Notes under the pieces: generated by a model | What the model saw: only the letters and a program-made list of their open reading frames with translations | Told to the model about the DNA's origin: nothing | Databases searched by the model: none | Source: Xylographa opegraphella | Lineage: Eukaryota | Direction of reading: 5' to 3' | DNA length: 64,000 nt | Assembly (NCBI GenBank): GCA_022813865.1 | Contig: JALDZX010000001.1 | Span: 558,001 to 622,000, forward strand | Shown: positions 59,031-64,000 of the stretch, in pieces | Position numbering within the stretch: the stretch's first letter is position 1 | How the letters are laid out: each line of letters starts with the position of its first letter | Translations under genes and position numbers: made by a program

Positions 59031-62000
59031 ATGTTTCTCCACCGACCACCGGCTTCTATGATACTATGGCTGCCTCTCGTTGTTCTGTTCTCGGTCTGGT
59101 GCGCTCACGCAAAGAACGACGGCGGTCCAAGGATAGTCGGCCAGAAGTTTGACACACCGCCCACGAATTTGCTTTGGTTCGACGATACAGACATTGTACT
59201 GGTTCAAGAACGGGAAGTGGGTATCGTATGGAGGTCGCCCGATGCCGGTGTCACTTGGAACAAAGTGGAGGACATTGCTGAAGGCGAGGCAAATGAGGTC
59301 GTACTGAACCCCTATGATAACAAGGTGGCATACGCCCTCAGTCGAGGTTCGACACACTGGGTCACGAAGGATCAAGGGAAGACCTGGAGTTCTTTCGATA
59401 CCGGGGAAGCATCTCCAAGCGACTTCCGGGAATCCCTGAGATTCCATGCTGGCGACAGCGACAAGGTTATACTGAACGTTCAGGTATGCCAAGGCTGGAT
59501 GTGCGAAGAGTCGGCATACTATACCACGAGTGGTTTTGAGGACGACCTTTTCCTTCTACGGAAAGACACGCGAGGCTGCCATTTCGCCCACTCTACACCA
59601 CTTTTCAAGACAAGCCAAGACGACGCATTGGATGACCGAGTTCTTTGCGTTGTAAGGGGGCGATACTCCCCTTGGCCAAAAGATTATCGTCTGCTCGTCT
59701 CAGACACCTGGTTTGAAGATGAGTTCGAACCTCTGTTGGAAGGAGATCGCACTGTTCAAGGAATCATTAGTATGGCTGTCGTCAAGGGTTTCCTGGTGAC
59801 GGCTGCTAAAGCGGAAGGCACATCAGAATTGGCTCTGTATATTACAGATGATGCCAAAGAGTGGCATAGGGCCGAGTTCCCCCATGATTCTAAGCTGGAA
59901 GAAGAGGCGTATACAATTCTTGAATCAACGAATTACAGCATACAAGTCGATGTTATGACTACAAGGCCCAGCAGCGCGATGGGTGTTCTCTTCAGCAGTA
60001 ACTCTAATGGTACATATTTCACAGAGAACATCAAGCATACCAATCGAGACTTCCGTGGTACTGTTGACTTCGAAAAGATCCAAAATATACAGGGCATCGT
60101 GCTGGTAAACGTTGTCGATAACTGGGAGGAGGTGGAAAGGACAAGCACGACAGAAAAGAAAATTGTGAGCCGAATCAGTTTTGACGATGGCAGAACATTT
60201 GAGCCTCTTACGGCAGATGGAAAGGACCTTCATTTGCATTCGGTCACAGAAATGTCGAACAGCGGACGTATCTTTTCTAGCTCTGCTCCAGGACTTGTCA
60301 TGGGAGTAGGAAACACTGGCAGTTCGCTCAGGGCGTATTCCGAGGGCGACCTTTATGTTTCCGACGATGCTGGACTGACCTGGAGGTTTGGACTTGAATC
60401 TGCACACAAGTACGAGTTTGGTGATCAAGGATCTGTTCTTGTTGCTGTCTACGATGAAGGACCAGCAGATAAGATATCTTACTCGATCGATCACGGCAAG
60501 ACTTGGGCTAGCAAAAACCTTGATGACGATGTCAACGCCAAGATCCTGACAACGACACCAGACTCTACCAGCCTGAAGTTTCTCCTTCTAGGGACTGTTG
60601 GGAAAGGTGCGAAAACGAAATACTACATCTACGCAATAGACTTTGATGGTCTTCATGAACGTGAATGCAAGAAGGGGGATTTTGAAGACTGGGTAGCACG
60701 GGTCGACGAAGACGGGAGACCATCATGCCTTATGGGACACACGCAAACATACAAACGTCGCAAGCCTGATGCGGATTGCTTTGTTAACAAGGAATTCAAA
60801 GATCCACAACCACAGTTCGAGCCTTGCAAGTGTACTGCGAAGGACTTTGAGTGTGACTACAATTTCATACGAGGGGGTAGCGACAACGCGGACTGTGTGC
60901 CAGCAACAACACTTCCAAAACCGAAGGATGCATGCAAGAGTGGCGACGAGAAGTATATGGGCAGTTCAGGATTTCGACTAATTCCCGGCAATGAGTGCAT
61001 CCGGAAAGGTGGAAAAGAACTGGACCTCGAGATAGAGAGACCTTGTGAGGACACCATCAAGACGCCAGTCAGCGGTAAAATATCGAAGACGATCACACCA
61101 TTTAAGGCCAACAGCTTCAGGGAATACTACTATCTTGAGCGAACATCTACTAGTACAGGGACAGACGAGACTATTATTATGCGTACTGACATGAACGAAG
61201 TCTTCATTAGCCGAGATCACGGGAAGAGTTGGAATATAATACCTGAACTTGAAGATGAAGATATTGTGGCCATTGTGCCTCATCAATACTTCAAAGACAT
61301 TGTCTACTTCTTGACAGGTTATAGTACGGTGTACTATACCGTTAACCGTGGTCAGAGCTTTGGAAGTTTCTATGCGGACCATCCTCCTAACGAGGAAAGT
61401 CTACCGGTCCTTTCCTTCCACCCCGATAACAAGGATTGGCTCATCTGGACTGGGGCTGTTGAATGTGGTACATATTCTGAAGGAGAATGCCACTCTGAAT
61501 CGCAAATCTCTCAAGACCGAGGAGATCATTGGGAAACGTTGCTTCGCTATGTCCAAAAGTGCGAATTCATCAAGAAGGAAGGGCGTGGCGATGCTGAGAA
61601 GTTGGTATATTGCGAACAATTCAAAGATGAAAAGCTTGGCAACGAACTTCAATTGTTGTCGAGCGACGATTGGTTCAAGACTTCTCAGACCCATTTCGAT
61701 AATATTCTTACCTTTGCGACAATGTCAGAATTTATCATTGTTGCACAGAGAGACGAAATACAAAATCTCAAGGTTGATGCAAGTATTGATGGTAAAACAT
61801 TCGCCGCTGCCGAATTTCCAAAGAACTTCAATGTTCCGGTACAAAGCGCGTATACTGTGCTTGACAGTTCCACTCATGCAGTATTTCTCCACGTTACTGT
61901 GGGTAGCCATGAGGACTTTGAGTATGGAAAATTGATGAAAAGTAACAGCAATGGAACCTCATATGTTCTCAGTATCGGAGGTGTAAACCGGAATGGTGCA

Positions 62001-63542
62001 GGGTATGTAGATTTCGAAAAAATGCAAGGGCTTGAGGGTGTTGCTATAATCAATGTCGTCGACAACCTCGACGACGAGGAACAGCGTAAGTCAAAGGTAC
62101 TCAAAACTATGATTACACATAACGATGGCGCACAATGGGCACCGCTGAAGGCACCAAAGAAGGATTCAAACGGTGAAGATTACGATTGTAACGTCGAAAA
62201 TATGGACGAGTGCTCTCTCAACCTCCACGGGTACACGGAACGTAAGGATCCACGGGACACATTCTCTTCCGCTTCCGCTGTTGGACTCATGATGGGCGTC
62301 GGAAATGTTGGCTCCAAGTTGACGAGAAAGGCTGAGGCAAACACATTCATTACAAGTGATGGTGGTGTCGTCTGGCGCGAGGTCATGAAGGGAAACTTTA
62401 TGTGGGAATATGGTGATCAAGGCGGGATCATTGTGATTGTGGAAGACAACGTCGCTACGAATGTCGTCTATTACTCATTAGACGAAGGGTATCACTGGAC
62501 AAAGTATCAATTTTCTGATGAGAAAATGATCATTGATGATCTTACAACACTACCATCAGACAACTCGCGGAATTTCCTTCTATGGCGAAGGGACACCGGA
62601 AGTGGTGGTAAGATTACGACTGTCAACATAGACTTCTCTGGTCTTCGGGATAGGAAATGTATTCTCAACGAGGATAATCCAAGTGATCCTGACAGTGATT
62701 ACTATCTCTGGGAACCCAAGCATCCTCTCCAGGATACCAATTGTCTCTTTGGCCACGTCTCGCAATATCATCGCAAGAAACTCGAGGCAGAATGTTGGAA
62801 TGATTATAAAATCCATCAACTGCACAATATTGCCCAGAACTGCACTTGTACGAGGCAAGATTTCGAGTGGTAAGTAATTATTGCCTCCCCATTCATCGCT
62901 GCCAATGAAGACTCTGCTGACTTGGGTTTTCTCTTCCGTAGTGACTATAACTTCGAGATTCAAACCGACAAATCATGTTTACTCGTGCCCGGCCTCCAGC
63001 CTTTCGACCATGCTCAGTTCTGTACCGAAGATCCCAATCGAATCTCTTACTACGAACCTACAGGTTATCGGCGCATACCCATCAGTACTTGCCAAGGCGG
63101 CAACGAATACGACGTTTCGACAGAACATCCTTGTCCTGGACATGAAGAAGATTATGAAGAGGTGCACAGGGGACTTAGCGGACTTGGATTGTTCCTTGTG
63201 GCTGTCGTGCTACCGGTCCTCGCAGCTAGCGGGATTGGCTATTGGGTCTGGCGGAACTGGGATGGTAAATTCGGACGCATCCGCCTCGGAGAGACAGGAA
63301 ACGCATTCGACGCCAACCAGCCATGGATACAATATCCCGTGGCGGCCATCTCGGCACTCGTTGCTGTCGTTGCAGCCATTCCTCTGGTACTTGCTTCGGC
63401 ATGGAGGGGTATTAGCAGCATGTTCGGTGGCGGGCGACGGTACACAACGCGCCAAAGTTTTGCGCGAGGCAGACAAGATTATGCTGTGGTCGATCCCGAC
63501 GAGGATGAGCTGCTCGGTGACGACGACGAGGAAGACGTATAG
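59031..63542 (+). CDS. vps10: Vacuolar protein sorting receptor Vps10 (two sortilin domains)
   Basis: Signal peptide, BNR/Asp-box repeats (SxDxGxTW), duplicated SNSNGT..VDFEK blocks, Cys-rich 10CC modules, TM, acidic dileucine tail DEDELL; intron 62870-62941. Confidence 0.96.
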
Positions 63543-63913
63543 GGATTTGTAGATGGAGTTCTCGGAGGGCTTTGATTGCATCCTTCTGCAACTTGTATCA
63601 CCATGGGGATAAGATGGATGGTAGACTGGACAGCATGCTTGGGAACTTCGTGGCCTTTGTAAGATGAGCGGGGCGTGAGTTCTTACATATGTGCCCTATT
63701 CAGCATTTTTGGCATAACGAAAAGCTTCACCATTCTTGATGCACCGCTTTCTTGTGCCTAAGTAGTTTTCTTATATAATAAGAAATATATCAACATCTAT
63801 TGGACCCTCACTCTAGTTTTTAGTTTTGTTCAGTGCGAAAACTCCCTATAATTCCCGCTCCTCCCTCACCACAAACTTCCCCAAACTCTACCCACATTCG
63901 AAACAGCCAAACA

Positions 63914-63983
63914 ATGGCAGAGACAGCAGAACCTCCTGCAGTCTCTACAGAACCCCAAGCCCGACATGTCATATACTGCGGCG
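63914..63983 (+). CDS. tma22: Translation machinery-associated protein 22 / DENR, first exon (truncated by window end)
   Basis: acaATG then MAETAEPPAVSTEPQARHVIYCG followed by donor gtacgc; VxYCG matches the DENR/Tma22 N-terminal zinc motif start. Confidence 0.7.
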
Positions 63984-64000
63984 GTACGCCACCTCGACCC

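Overview
Gene-dense nuclear DNA from a filamentous ascomycete (Pezizomycotina; short GT-AG introns with CTRAY branch points, no prokaryotic features). About 24 recognisable protein genes: an RBR E3 ligase, complex I 12-kDa subunit, palC, a Yippee/Mis18-like protein, mnn10-type mannosyltransferase, nucleolin-like nsr1/gar2, alg6, rex1, a mitochondrial two-RRM protein, pex5, npp1, a stand-alone NRPS-like A-T-R reductase with an apparent 1-nt frameshift, an SH3BGR-like protein, rpe1, a methyltransferase-fold protein, an LPLAT acyltransferase, sdh1, rpt1, cct4, vps10 and the start of tma22. A gene-poor island (about 42.9-51.6 kb) holds a degenerate tRNA, a perfect 14x14-nt minisatellite, three tandem zinc-ribbon motifs in different states of decay and a nonsense pseudogene. 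Best leads: (1) an uncharacterised protein (10725-12109) with BNIP3/NIX-like organelle-autophagy-receptor architecture; (2) a recurring intergenic AGGTACCT palindrome upstream of unrelated genes; (3) unusual splicing features (intron splitting an ATG, 8-nt microexon, GC-AG intron, intronic 22-bp palindrome). All gene models were built by eye and no database search was run.
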